NCBI RefSeq assembly: GCF_000143415.4
Contig: NW_003314300.1
Span: forward strand, 780,825-844,824
DNA length: 64,000 nt
DNA from: Selaginella moellendorffii
Taxonomy: Eukaryota; Plantae; Lycopodiophyta
Direction of reading: 5' to 3'
Shown here: piece by piece, positions 39,031-50,905 of the stretch
Numbering within the stretch: position 1 is the stretch's first letter
How the letters are laid out: each line of letters begins with the position of its first letter
The notes under the pieces: generated by a model
Databases searched by the model: none
Seen by the model: only the letters and a program-made list of their open reading frames with translations
Told to the model about the DNA's origin: nothing
Position numbers and translations under genes: made by a program

Positions 39031-39559
39031 ATAAAATATGTTCTAAACCACAATTAACTTATATTTTTATTTATATAGGCTATTTTTGTTACAGTAATTT
39101 TTTATTTATTATTTAAATAATTAATATCAATAAACAGTAATAATTTTAATTAAATTTTTTTTATAATGATGGTATTAAAAAAGCTTTAAATCAGATTTAA
39201 ACCAGTTTATTAGCTTAGAAGATAATCTTAAACAGACACTCTTCAAGAAATTTGGATTATTTTAATTATTATATAGAATGGTAAAGTGAAAAGATTATGG
39301 AGTGATAAAAGTTTTCACCTAAGGAGGTTATAGTGGTTTTATGGTATAATGTTTTATTTATATTTTAGTAAAATAATTTTAAAAAAATTTTAAATAGACA
39401 ATAAAACTTATAAAGCTAAAATTAAATTTATGTATACTTTTATTTCCTTCTACCAAGTTTGTAAGTTCTTGAATTGTTGAGTGTTATACTCATGATTTTC
39501 TTTAGTGTTAGATTCCTAAGTCTCAAAGCTGTACTCTTCATTTCTTCTTAGATCGTTGT

Positions 39560-40600
39560 TAATAAAATTGGTGTTTGTTAAGGTTGATGGTTTGGAGATA
39601 TTTATTGTTAAGTGTTGTAATTGCTACCATTCCTAAATTTTTGAATTATTGGATAACGAATGATCCTTTCCATCTTGATTTTATCTTTGAGCCAATTTTC
39701 TCTATGTTTTCTTGAAACCATAAAACTTGATCTCCAACTTTAAATTCTTCACTTTTCTTGAGTTGTCTTTTTTTGTCATGGTTAGCTTTTCTTATGGTTT
39801 CAAGTGTCTAAATTATATGTAGATGTACTTTGTCAAGCATTTTTAGCATTGCTAGTCTTTTTTTAACTAATTCTTCTTGGTTGATCTTGTAATGTATTGC
39901 CATTTGCAATGAAGAAATGATATACTCAAGTAGTGTCAAGGCTTCTAAGCCATAGACAAACTTGAACAGTATCGAGTTTATTGAAACCTTATAAACAATT
40001 CAATATGCTCATAAGGTGTTGTAAATGCAATTGTCTTTGTCTTTTTGATTCATCTTCATAATCTTCTTGAGTATATTCTTGAGGGTTTTGTTTGTAGATT
40101 CAATTTGATTATTTCCTTGAGGATAGTATGGTGTTGAAGTTTTGTGCTTGATTGTAAACTCTTGAGTCAGAATGTTGATCGTCTCATTAATGAAGTGTGT
40201 TCCCTGATCTATAACAAGTTCTCAAGGTAAACCATACCTTGTAATGATGTTTTTATAGATGAACTTTGCTGTTTTTTTCATTGTTACAACCTTCATTAGT
40301 TAAACTTCAACCCACTTTATCATGTAATCAGTAATTATGAGGATATATTTGTTTTGCTTAGAACTTGTTGTAAGTGGTCCTACAAAGTTGAGTCTCCATT
40401 GTTGAAATTAAGTTGTAGGATGAAGTTTTTGATTTTTCTTTTTCAGCACATACTTGGTTCTTTGACAAATGTCACATTCTTGATTAAATTTTGCTGAGTC
40501 ATTCCAGAGTGTTGGCCACCAAAGTCTAACTTGTAAAATCTTCCAAACTTCATATTCTCTTCTCCTAGAGGACCAGATAGACTTCCACACATTACTTGCT
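39560..40600 (-). mobile_element. AT-rich non-chromovirus gypsy integrase remnant
   Basis: LWWPTLWND...ECDICQR, FVGPL, ILIITDYMIKWVE, YGLP*ELVIDQGTHF and STPYYPQGNNQIESTNKTL. Confidence 0.85.
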
Positions 40601-40619
40601 TCTTTTAAAGAATGCTTCA

Positions 40620-43600
40620 TTGAAGAAAAACCCACAAATCGGCTACTTGTCGACCTATTTTGTTTTGGCAGGGTGCTCACGAGTCTGTTCCTGACTATGT
40701 CACCCAGTTTCGAGCATACTAGAAACAGTGGTGGGATCGCAAAGTGGTCCAAGATGAGCAACAGGGGATCATGACATTCAAAGCGGGTCTACGTGTGAAT
40801 TTGCAGCGGAAACTTCTCAAGAAGACATTCAAGTCTTGCCGCGAGGCATTTTCATTGGCCACAAAGCTGGAAAGAGAACTTCTTGTCGACATGAGGATTG
40901 CTAGAGTTGATTTCGACCAAGCCATCACCCCATCGGAGTCACCTTGTGCAGCTGTTCACCCATCCATACCAAAGCCCGTCACTATTGAGCATACACCTCT
41001 GGCTATTGAGAACTTTGCAAACGAGATGCGACAGCTGAAGGAGATCATTCTTCAGCAACAATCACACCATGATAAACTGCTCCAGGAGTTAGTGGAGTCC
41101 AGGAAAGAGGCAGCTACAGCTCGGGAATGGAGATTTAAGTCCCGTTGGTGCACTCACTACAAGACGAACACACACAATATGCAGCGCTGCTTCAACCTTC
41201 ACCCAGAGCTTCGGCCTCCACCTTCTCAATGTGTTCAACAATGTCCCTTTGCTGATAATTCCACATCGTCTCGGGGTCCAAAGACATAACAAGAGCAGTT
41301 GGAGCGACAAGCAATTGAGGCAGCCCCTTCGTCAAGCAAAGGCAAGGCACCCGCCTCATCGATCAACATGATTTTGGTAGCTGAGGAACTCTATAGGCAA
41401 CAGTAGCAAACTGCAGCCCCTCGAGCCAAAGCGAAGAAGACAGCAGGTGCTTAGCCTCCCATAGATCCCTCAGTGTCACTTGAGAGTGAATCTCTGTTGG
41501 CACCAAATCTAGTGACACAAAGGGTGGCTTGTAAGCTCCCCTTCAAGTCACTACTCTCTTCTCCTCCTGAGATCTCACTAACAGCTATTCCTATTCTGGA
41601 GCCGGTTCTTCAATAGCTGGTTGACACTCCCGTCACCTTTTCACTCCGAGACATGTTGTGTCTTGTCCTGGGATTCAGCCAGCATTTAGAGGAGTTTGCA
41701 CGGTCAGGAACACCAGAGAGCACTCTCTAGAGGACTCCTCAAGAGGTGCACATTGTCAACATGACAAGATATGGTGGAGATCCTGGTCCATTCTTTATTC
41801 CTGTGTAGATTGGTACTTCCTCTTGTAAGATGGATGCTTTGGTTGACTCCGGTTCTAGAAGCAACATTATCTCTCTCGAAGCTGCCCTTTCAGCACAGCT
41901 ACAGATCACTGAGAGCTCCTCTATCATGCTCAAGACCTTCGCCAACCACACTGTTCCTCCAGCAGGCATTTGCTGTGGTGTCAAGGTCTTAGTGCAGGGT
42001 GTTATTTCTGAGGTGGATTTCTTTGTGGTTGACTACCAACATCTTGGAATGTCCTCTTTGAAGGACTCTATCATCCTTGGCAGCTCGTAGCAAGTCACAG
42101 CCCATTGCACCCTTGACAGCACACAAGGCAAGATGGAAATTAGCAATGGAACCCATAGCACCACCTTTCTCAACAACTATAGCAGATCTCTTTCTCAGCA
42201 AGCCCAGTAGGCTCAGACTAAGATGGCCTCCACACCATACTTTCCTCCTGAGCTCATAGAGGTTTTTCCTGAGTTGGCGGTGGAGTTGACCATCTATGGA
42301 GGTGAGTCAGATAGCCCGAGACATCTCTCAGCTTCACTCTCTTTATTTGAGAGTAAGGCCAAGCCTCTAGACACACCCTCTTTATTTGATGGCGGGGCTT
42401 ATAGAGTACGGGCTCCCATATCCAGCTTTCCGGAGTGTTTCTCGATAGAGGAAGGGCTCCTTGATTCGTTTCTTGCACGGGACCAACTCCCTCTTATGGA
42501 GCTTCATGACACAATCACTCCAGACCAGGTCAATCTTTCGCAGGACACAGCCGAACTCAATCCTCCTCAACAACTATCTGAGGTGTCACACAGCCAGCAT
42601 CTTCCTACTAAAATCGCAGTAGCTGACGACTTCGAGCGTATTTTGTCATGCTGTTTCTTGAAGATGGAGGATGACATCCAAACACAGAACTGGCAGAAAG
42701 AATCAAGCCAATCAGACGTGCTGCATGTGAGTTATAGCTCTTTGAGTTCAGAATTTTTTACCGTGGAACTCCCGGTACAGGTCCAAGTGTATTACACTGA
42801 AACTTCAGCACTAGACTTGGACTGGACTTTAGTGGAGGATCTTCCTTCACTTGCAGAGTACTTGGCTATAGTCCTTGCATTAGACATTGAGTGCTCAAAG
42901 CATCAGAAGCAAAGAGAACAATGAATAGAGACTCCGGATCCAATAGCAACGTTCTTGCCAGACTTGCCAGAGACAGTCTTGCCAGATGTGGTGTCCCCAA
43001 TATCTTTATTTGAAGAAGAGGACACTTCTATGATTACAGCTTATTTTGACGGTGCTTTATGCTCCAAAAACCAGGTTGCCGGCATTGGAGTTTGGATGAT
43101 TAATTCTGCGGAGAACAAAGTAGCCGACCTCTCTATCACTTTGCCAGCAACATTAGCTAATGAAGCAGAGTACTTGGCGGCTATCAGTGCCATGAAGTTG
43201 GCCACAGATCTCAAGTTTAGGTGAGTCACTTTCATTAGAGATGCACAACTCATCATACGCCAACTTACTGGAGAATACCAAATCCGCAAAGAGAACCTGA
43301 ATGAGCTATGGCAGCAGGCGGTCCACCTGAAGGATGAGTTCTCTCAGGTGACTTTTCAAAGTGTCCCTTGTGAAGAAAACTTTTGGGTGGACAGGCTATC
43401 ACATCAAACACACCATGATGCGAGAGGCAAAAGGCACCTCCTACTCTTTGGTTTCCAAGGTCAAGGGGGAATCTAAGATAGATGAGCCCCTTGGGCCCAA
43501 GGTTTCTCCAGACTCTAGGGTTCATGCAATTTTCCTAGGTGATGACAAGGACCTGGTCTTTATTGCCACATCACTTGCTTCAACAAATGCAGCAAAGCTC

Positions 43601-46600
43601 TTGGATCTCCTCCACTGTTTCAAAGACATGTTTGCCTGGGACTACAGCCAGCTTCTAGGAGTTCTCATAGACACAATCATGCATAGTATTGTGCTTTTAG
43701 AGACAGCCAAACCAGTCTATCAAAAGATGCGGCATTTAAGCCTGGCAGCTCACTCAAAGATGAAGTTGGAGATCGAGTGACTTCTGGTAGCCGACTTTAT
43801 TTACCCTTTGGAGAGCTCAGAGTGGGTGGCCAATCTCATCCCTGCATGCAAGGCAAATGGAAAACTCTGTTTATGCATTGACTTTCGAGACTTGAACAAG
43901 GCAACTACGAAAGATCATTTTCCGACTCCATTTATTGATGCGATTGTGGATGAGATGGCTGGACACCATTACTACTCTTTCATGGATGGGTTTTCAGGGT
44001 ACAATCAAGCCTTGGATGACCAAACCTTGCCATCAGACTCCTATTTGGAATTCCTCACTGGAGTCCTCCTCATGCAATCAGATCTTCATTCATCCTGATC
44101 ATTGAGATTTTACGGCCTTCCGAACACCTTGGGGTGTCTTCGCTTTCAACGTCCTCCCGTTTGGCTTGTGTAACGCTAGAGCTACTTTTCAGCGTTTTAT
44201 GACCCACGCCTTTCACGATTTGATTGGAGGCACCTTGAGGGTGTATGGACGATTTGTGCATGATCTTTGACTCCTTTGAGGACCACCTTGTGCACTTGTC
44301 ACTCACTGCCGACAACACAGGTTCTCATTGAACCCAGCAAAGTGTAAATTCGAGGTCACTAAAGGCCGGTTCCTAGGCTTTGATGTCTCACAGGATGAAA
44401 TCAAGCCCTAAGTAGCCAAGGCTCAGGAGATTCACAACCAACGTGAAGCAGCTTCACAACTTCCTCGGGCAAACGGGTTTCTTCTGTCGTTTCCTCCACA
44501 ACTATACCACACATTCATGGCCTCTGATAGCTCTGCTACAACACAACATTCCATTTGTCTGGGGTGAGTTCCAGCAACAAGCCTTTGAATCATTGAAGCA
44601 GTCACTCCACACGGCCCCGGTACTCCAACCAATAGAACGACAACTTCCTTTTGACGTTTACATCACAACGGGTACAGAGGCTTTTGGAGTATGCCTTTGC
44701 CAGTGTTCACAGCCTGGCAAGCCACCAAATGCAACATACTATGCATCACATTCATTCAACAAGACTGAGAAGAAGTACGTGGATGCGGAAAAAGAAGCAG
44801 TGGCTATTGTTTACACCTTGGAGTGATTTCGTCACTTTCTCGCTGGAGCCTGTATCCATTTCCACATCTATTTAAATATGCTGAACTTTCTTTTACAGTG
44901 ACCAGTTCACAGTCCTCGTACTTTATCTTGGATTGTGACCATCTAAGAGTTCCAGCCAACTTTTCACATGCGGCGGAAGCGTGTGATGGATCCGAGTGAG
45001 TTCATGGTTGTTGAAGCTACTTCCTTTGTGGTCCCAACAGCATTACAAGACATTGCAATGTACTTGGATTCAAGTCAGTTCCCAGCAGATTCCTCACTAG
45101 TACAACAAAAGGCATTGGCATGAGCACTTGGTTACGGCATTGTCCTTCAAGACATCCATCTCCGCAACCCCATTCTCCCTTGTCTATGGGATAGAGGCCA
45201 TGCTTCTAGTGGAGATCCAGGTGCCATTGCTCTCACTTTCACTTCGATACGTAGTAGTAATGCAACTTAGCGATGAGGACAAGCTTCATGCACGTGACTT
45301 GGAGGTTTTTGCCTTGGAAGAACAGTGATGATCCACATTGGAACATCTCTTTTGAGGCAAGCAGAAGATCAAATCAATCATTGATCACCAGCGGTCTGCC
45401 GAACCATTCAAGGATGGTGATCTTGTTCTACTCAAGGAGTTTACGCCCAGAGGTGGAGCACATGTGCTAGTTGATGCTGATGGATGTAAGCTCCCACACG
45501 CTCACAACCACCCTCACCTCAAACGCTTCATCCGGTGAGGCGTTCCTCTTCTCTTCTTTTTCTTTTTCTTCCTTTCTTTCACTTTACTTTCATGATTCCT
45601 TTTCTTACTTTCAGAGGGTGTTTCTCCACTGGACTATGGCTCGTGCCTTGGATTTCATACTCATGCTGCATTGCCGTTTGTATGGAGGTTCCTCAATTGG
45701 CTCAGTTTCTGTTCTAGATTCTTTGGCCCTTTCCTTACCATTACACACCCCACACATTCCCCTCACCCATTCCATATCACCTACACTCATAGTTCCATCA
45801 CCAATCACTTCCAGCAGTGTTTCCCGCACTTATCTCTAGATGCCCGTCTTGCATCTTTCATTCTTTCACCATCATTCACATCTCTGTTTAAGGTTACATT
45901 TACACCATACCACAGACACACATATGTGCATCAGCAGCAAAAGACACTACCTCATTTGGACATGCCATTTCTGAGATATCCTTGTGACCATTTTCCGACA
46001 ATGCACTAGCTTTTCTAGAGCGACTTTCTTCCAACCAGGTGAACCTATTCACTCAAAGCACCTAGGTGGATTTTTAGGTGAGGCCACAAAAGCCAAAGCC
46101 ACTTTCTTCTACTCCAGCACTCAGTGGACACATGCCACCTCCCTTTACTGGCAACCCAGCAACCATACCGTCCTTTTCAGCTACTACCTTCTTTAGTTAC
46201 TCTTATTTCAAAGACGGCCACCTTCTCAGAGTGCCACCACCATCTCAGCGCTCCACCATATCACTCCACCATATCAGTGCTGGAGCAAGTGCAGGAGTAG
46301 GAGCAAGAGTAGGTGGTTACCAGTTACCGGCTACTCCGAGAGGTCAACACTTACTCTACGGGCCAACGGTTATTAATGGCCACCTTTTCAGAGTGCCACC
46401 ACCATCTCGGCACTCCACCATACCACTCCATCTTTCATCATTTCCACACTTACCACCCTTGGGTAACACATCCCCTCTTCTACCTCTCTTTCTTTTTTGA
46501 TTTCAGCCAATCCTTGGAGCATATTAGAAGTCATCAAGAGGCTGCATTTGCATATTACACTTTCTTGAGCCAAAATCCAGGTATGGGTTAAATTCTTTGG

Positions 46601-46974
46601 GTACTCACTCTTTTTCCTCTATTTTCATCCTCTTTTCACACTTTTTCTGCACATTTTCTTCAACTTAAGGGTCTAGTTTGACTACAAGGTTTCCCACCGG
46701 GTTTTCCTCCTTGTCTCCAAACTTCACACTTACCTCTTTTCTTTCTTTTCCACTTTGTTTTCTGGCAATCCACCATGGTCACATGTTAAGGCGTGGCCAC
46801 CGAGAGAGTGAGAGAGAGAGAGAGGGAATATTCTGATTCTCAGAATATTCCCCATCTTCCTTGTACAAAACCCTTGCCTCACAAGGGCAAGGGGGGGCAT
46901 TTTTTATGGAGAGCATTGAAGTATTTCTTGTGTTTGAGCGAGTGTTGGGGGAGATGCCCCTCCTTCCCCCAACA
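40620..46974 (+). mobile_element. Decayed Tat-lineage gypsy element with order gag-PR-aRH-RT-RH-(partial INT), TatI-like
   Basis: Protease LVDSGSRSN (41839). Additional RNase H YFDGA...NEAEYLA...DAQLIIRQL (43020-43350) lies before RT (LCIDFRDLNKAT, SFMDGFSGYNQ). Then RH and an integrase C-terminus (TPFSLVYGIEAML). Boundaries are approximate. Confidence 0.8.
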
Positions 46975-46984
46975 ATGATGATAG

Positions 46985-49760
46985 CCATTCTAGATTCTAG
47001 ATTGGGTAGATGAAACTAACTTGCTCAACTTTGTTGAATTCTTCCTTGACTTTCAATTGCATGTTGGGGTTCATTCTATATACTGATTATTTCTTTTGTA
47101 CAGTTTGAATAATATTTGGTCTGGAATTTTCTTTGTTGTACTTGTGGAGATTCAAAGGGCTTTTTAATACTCTCCAAAGATAATTGTGTTCTTCCCTAGT
47201 ATGTGACAACATTAGCTTTCTTGAGCCAAATTTGTCCAAGAAGTACCTTATAGAAACTATGTTCTTTAGCCATTTTGAGTATAATGAAAGTGATTTTGAA
47301 CTCTTAATCTGATTGGGATGTTGCAAATGATTTTAGATGGTTGTACACTTCTATCATCAGTTATTTTGATATTGAAGGGTGTTAGTTGAATTGGTCTAAA
47401 TCCCATTACTTTGTATATTGAGTATTTGATAATGTTGACACTTGCACTGCCATCAATGATTGTTTGAGGAATTTTGTTCTTTTCTATCTAGATTAGTATG
47501 TATAGTACATCTTCATCAAAGTTGCCAAATTGTTGGTCTTTTTCTTAAATTGAGTTCATTGTGCTTGTGTTGGTACTTGACAAATCTTGAGTAGCTGTTT
47601 CTTCAAGTATAGGGCATTTACAAAAGCTCTTAAAGGGTAAATGTGATATTTTGTTGAAGAATTTTATTTATGAGCTGTGGTTGCTTTTTATGTTTTTGTG
47701 GGAGTTGGATTGCAATTTCCTAATTATTAGTTATTTCAAGTTTGTGTTGTTGAAGATCTTCCTACACTATGTTTATAAGCTCTTTAGCTACTTACCATTC
47801 TTCTTTTAAAATTTCTTGTATTTGGTTTTGAGTTTCTTGTTCTTTAATTTCATCATCAAGGTGTTCTTCTTGATAATTCACATACTTCTTTTGAGTTCAT
47901 GTGAAAACTTAAATTTCTGGTTCATCTTCAACATTGGACTTCTTCGACTAGTTCTTTGTTGACATTCCTTGCTATTGGTGGAAGTCTTCAGTTATTAATT
48001 GCTCTGAATTGGTTGATTTATTTGATTTTGTTGTTATTAATATTGAGGTAAAAAATCCTGAGTTTGAGGTTGTTATTGATAGTTGTTTCGTGGATATACT
48101 CAAGATGGCTATTTTTATTGTTATAGTTATTGTTGATAATTTGATTGTTGAGGTCTCTATTATCAATTATTTTGGTACTACTACCGGTAGTTATTTTGCC
48201 ATAAAGGTGGTCTCCATTGTTGATTTTCTTGATAAAGTTATTGATAAGCCTATTGGTAAGCTGGTGGTCTATGGTCATTTTAGTAATCTTTTTTTTTTGT
48301 ATTTTGGGTTAGGATTATAATTACTTTGATTCAGATAGTTGGATTGCCATTATTGTTGATTTTGTTGAGGATGATTGTATTATTTTCAATTCAATGGAAG
48401 AGTTTGGGATGTATTCTCAACTTGTGTGACTTTTGCAACTCCTCAATATTGACAAATCTTTGCAATATGTCCTTCTCTTTTGCAAATCTGACATTTAAGA
48501 ATTTGTAACTTACATTCTGTTGTGATGTATCTTTCATTCTTGCATTTTGTACACCATAGTTTTTTGAGTTCACACTTCTTCATTGTCAAATGAGTCTTTG
48601 TTTCTTGAGGATTCAGTTTTTGAGAAATTTCAAAGCTATTTCTCGATATTCTTGATTTTCTCATAAATGTATTTGACAGTTATATCAACTTTTAAGTCAT
48701 CATTGATGCTTACTATTGTGACCATTTGTTGATAAATTTTCTTTAAACCTTGTACATATGTAGCGCATGTGATCATAGGATGAGATTTGGATATACTGTC
48801 ACTGTGGATCCTTGGAATCTTGGAGGATAAATGGGGATAAAATAGCTACTAAAGGCTCTCTCATCAAGCAATTGCCCCTTTTTCAGTTTGCTTAAAGGGA
48901 GAGAGATAAGGTGTGCTACAGTTGATATTAGAGCAAATGACACAGGTTCGATTCCCATTGATTAGTGGCTACCTAAAATATAATATACCCTTGAGCAAGG
49001 TATATTCCTACCCCTAAAATTTGAAAAATCGTACGTATTGGACATCCATCCGTACGTCCTTCCTCTTGTGGAGCATCCCAAACGAAGGTATTTACTATAG
49101 GACTATGATATGGGTGGATGACTAGTTGCCTCATGGAATAGTTAGTCTACATAATGGAAGGATTGGTAGATTCAATGGGAGGATTGGTAAATTCAGTGCA
49201 AAAATGGAAGTGTTGGTTCCCCTTGGCTCAGTAGAGGTTGTTAGTCAACACAATGGAAGGATTGGTAGATTTAGTGCAGAAATGAAGGTGTTGGTTCCCC
49301 TTGGCTCAATAGGGGTTGTTAGTCAACATCTTATGATCACATGTGCTACACTCACCCTCCCCCCCCCCCCCTCCCCCTTTAGAGATGTTAATGTCCTCAT
49401 TGACTAAGATTTGGATATACTGTCACTGTGGATTCTTGGAACCTTGGGAGATAAATAGGGATAAAATAGCCACTAAGGGCTCTCTCATCAAGTAATTGCC
49501 CCTTTTCCAGTTGGCTTAAGGGGAGAGAAATAAGGTGCGCTACAATATACCAAATATATTTACCTTGCTTAGTTAATAAATCTTTGCAGTGTCTTGCATG
49601 GTATTTAAATTGTCATATATAATTTTCAATGTCTTTTTTACTACCTTGTTTGATGCTCTTGAGGTGTTCAAAATTTTCAATTGTGGTTCCAGTTCAATGG
49701 TGTTATCGTATGGTAAATCACTATAGGATAAAGGGTAAAACCACATGTCCTACATTTGGT
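46985..49760 (-). mobile_element. AT-rich gag-PR-RT(5' part) of a minus-strand gypsy element attached to the L2 LTR at 49775
   Basis: Two zinc knuckles (CTKCKNERYITTEC, CQICKREGHIAKIC), protease IIDGSASVNII and RT start YRMNPNMQLKVKEEF. PBS at 49762-49772. Confidence 0.75.
48759..49544 (+). mobile_element. TRIM (162-bp LTR family), older copy with an internal inversion
   Basis: LTR 48759-48920 (TGTAGCGCA...TGTGCTACA) and a degenerate PBS. The 3' LTR ends at 49544. TSD ACATA/ATATA. Homologous to 55831-56650. Confidence 0.85.
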
Positions 49761-49774
49761 CCTCTGATACCAAA

Positions 49775-50905
49775 TGTAGTGCACATGGTTTTACCCTTTA
49801 TCCTATGGTGATTTACCATAGGATAACACCACGAAGCGAAACCTAAACCCTCTTTATGCCACGTGTCATATACCACGTGTCCATGGGACAGTGGTGTGGA
49901 ACCCGGTGTTCAAGGCCTTGGGCTATTGAACGAAGGAACTGTGCCAAACTCCCAAGCATGGAGCCAAGGAGCATTAGCACTGGAGCACGGAACGACTCCC
50001 GAGCATATATCCCAAGGAGCGAAGGGATAGGAGCCTAGAGCAACTTGGAACAATCCTAGAGTAACCAACATCCTAATGCTAGGACTAGCACACAAAACAG
50101 AGCCAAATGGATTCTGGTGCTATTTCAACATACTGATTGCCTAACGCGAAGACATAGGTATTCCACCAGCTAGCATGGTGTGAAATTTGGGTTTAGACCC
50201 AAGTCAGACGCAGAACAAGGACAGGCACACAAGCAGAAGCTAGACTATACCTCAAGTTGGTCGGCCATGCCACTATCCCTACTATATATTTGGAACCCCC
50301 CACAGCCTCCCCCCCCCTTCCCCCCCTTGAGGAACATATGCTTTGGGCTTTCACCCCAAGCCTCCCTTAGTACCAGGAGTTAGTCTCTAAGACAAGTCTG
50401 AAACTTACTAAATATGGAATGGTTTTAGATTGCGAATTTGGATATGGGACGAACACCATTGCATTCAGGACAATCTCTACATTCTTTAGATATGCCAAAT
50501 GAGTAAATCTAGACACTTTCCATAAATAACATTTGGGATCGAATTGAAACTAACACAAAGGGCATGATAGCGAGGGTGTTTGGTAGACACGATAAGCTAT
50601 CATCCAGCGTTATTAAGGGACTAATCTCAATATGCGAGGGTTCTTGTCAAGTTAGTGCAAGATAGAGCAAAAGAGAACTAAAAAGCCAGGCCAAGTATAT
50701 TTGGCTAAATAGACACTTAGGAATTCTATCCTTATGCTTATCCAGCCAAGTACAGATGCAAAGTCCAATTTACTAACACTTGAACAAGAAGGACTAATAA
50801 AAGGTCTAGCAATACCGACTTCCTGCCATCGTGGCAGTAAGGTAAGAGTGTCCATAAGGACCGGCCGATAGGTAACTTTCGATACCCAAAGTCACATTTG
50901 TGACA
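49775..50905 (-). mobile_element. 5' LTR (family L2)
   Basis: TGTAGTGCAC...TGTGACA termini. Colinear with 54456-55609. Adjacent PBS CTCTGATACCA. Confidence 0.88.

Noticed and set aside
39020-39430. Helitron-like 5' end (TCTATATAATAAAA) in very AT-rich DNA
   Set aside because: Low-complexity context, and no 3' hairpin/CTRR end was identified.
46784-46974. Possible short LTR ending in a 10-bp hairpin (TGTTGGGGGA...TCCCCCAACA)
   Set aside because: No matching TSD or second copy in the window.
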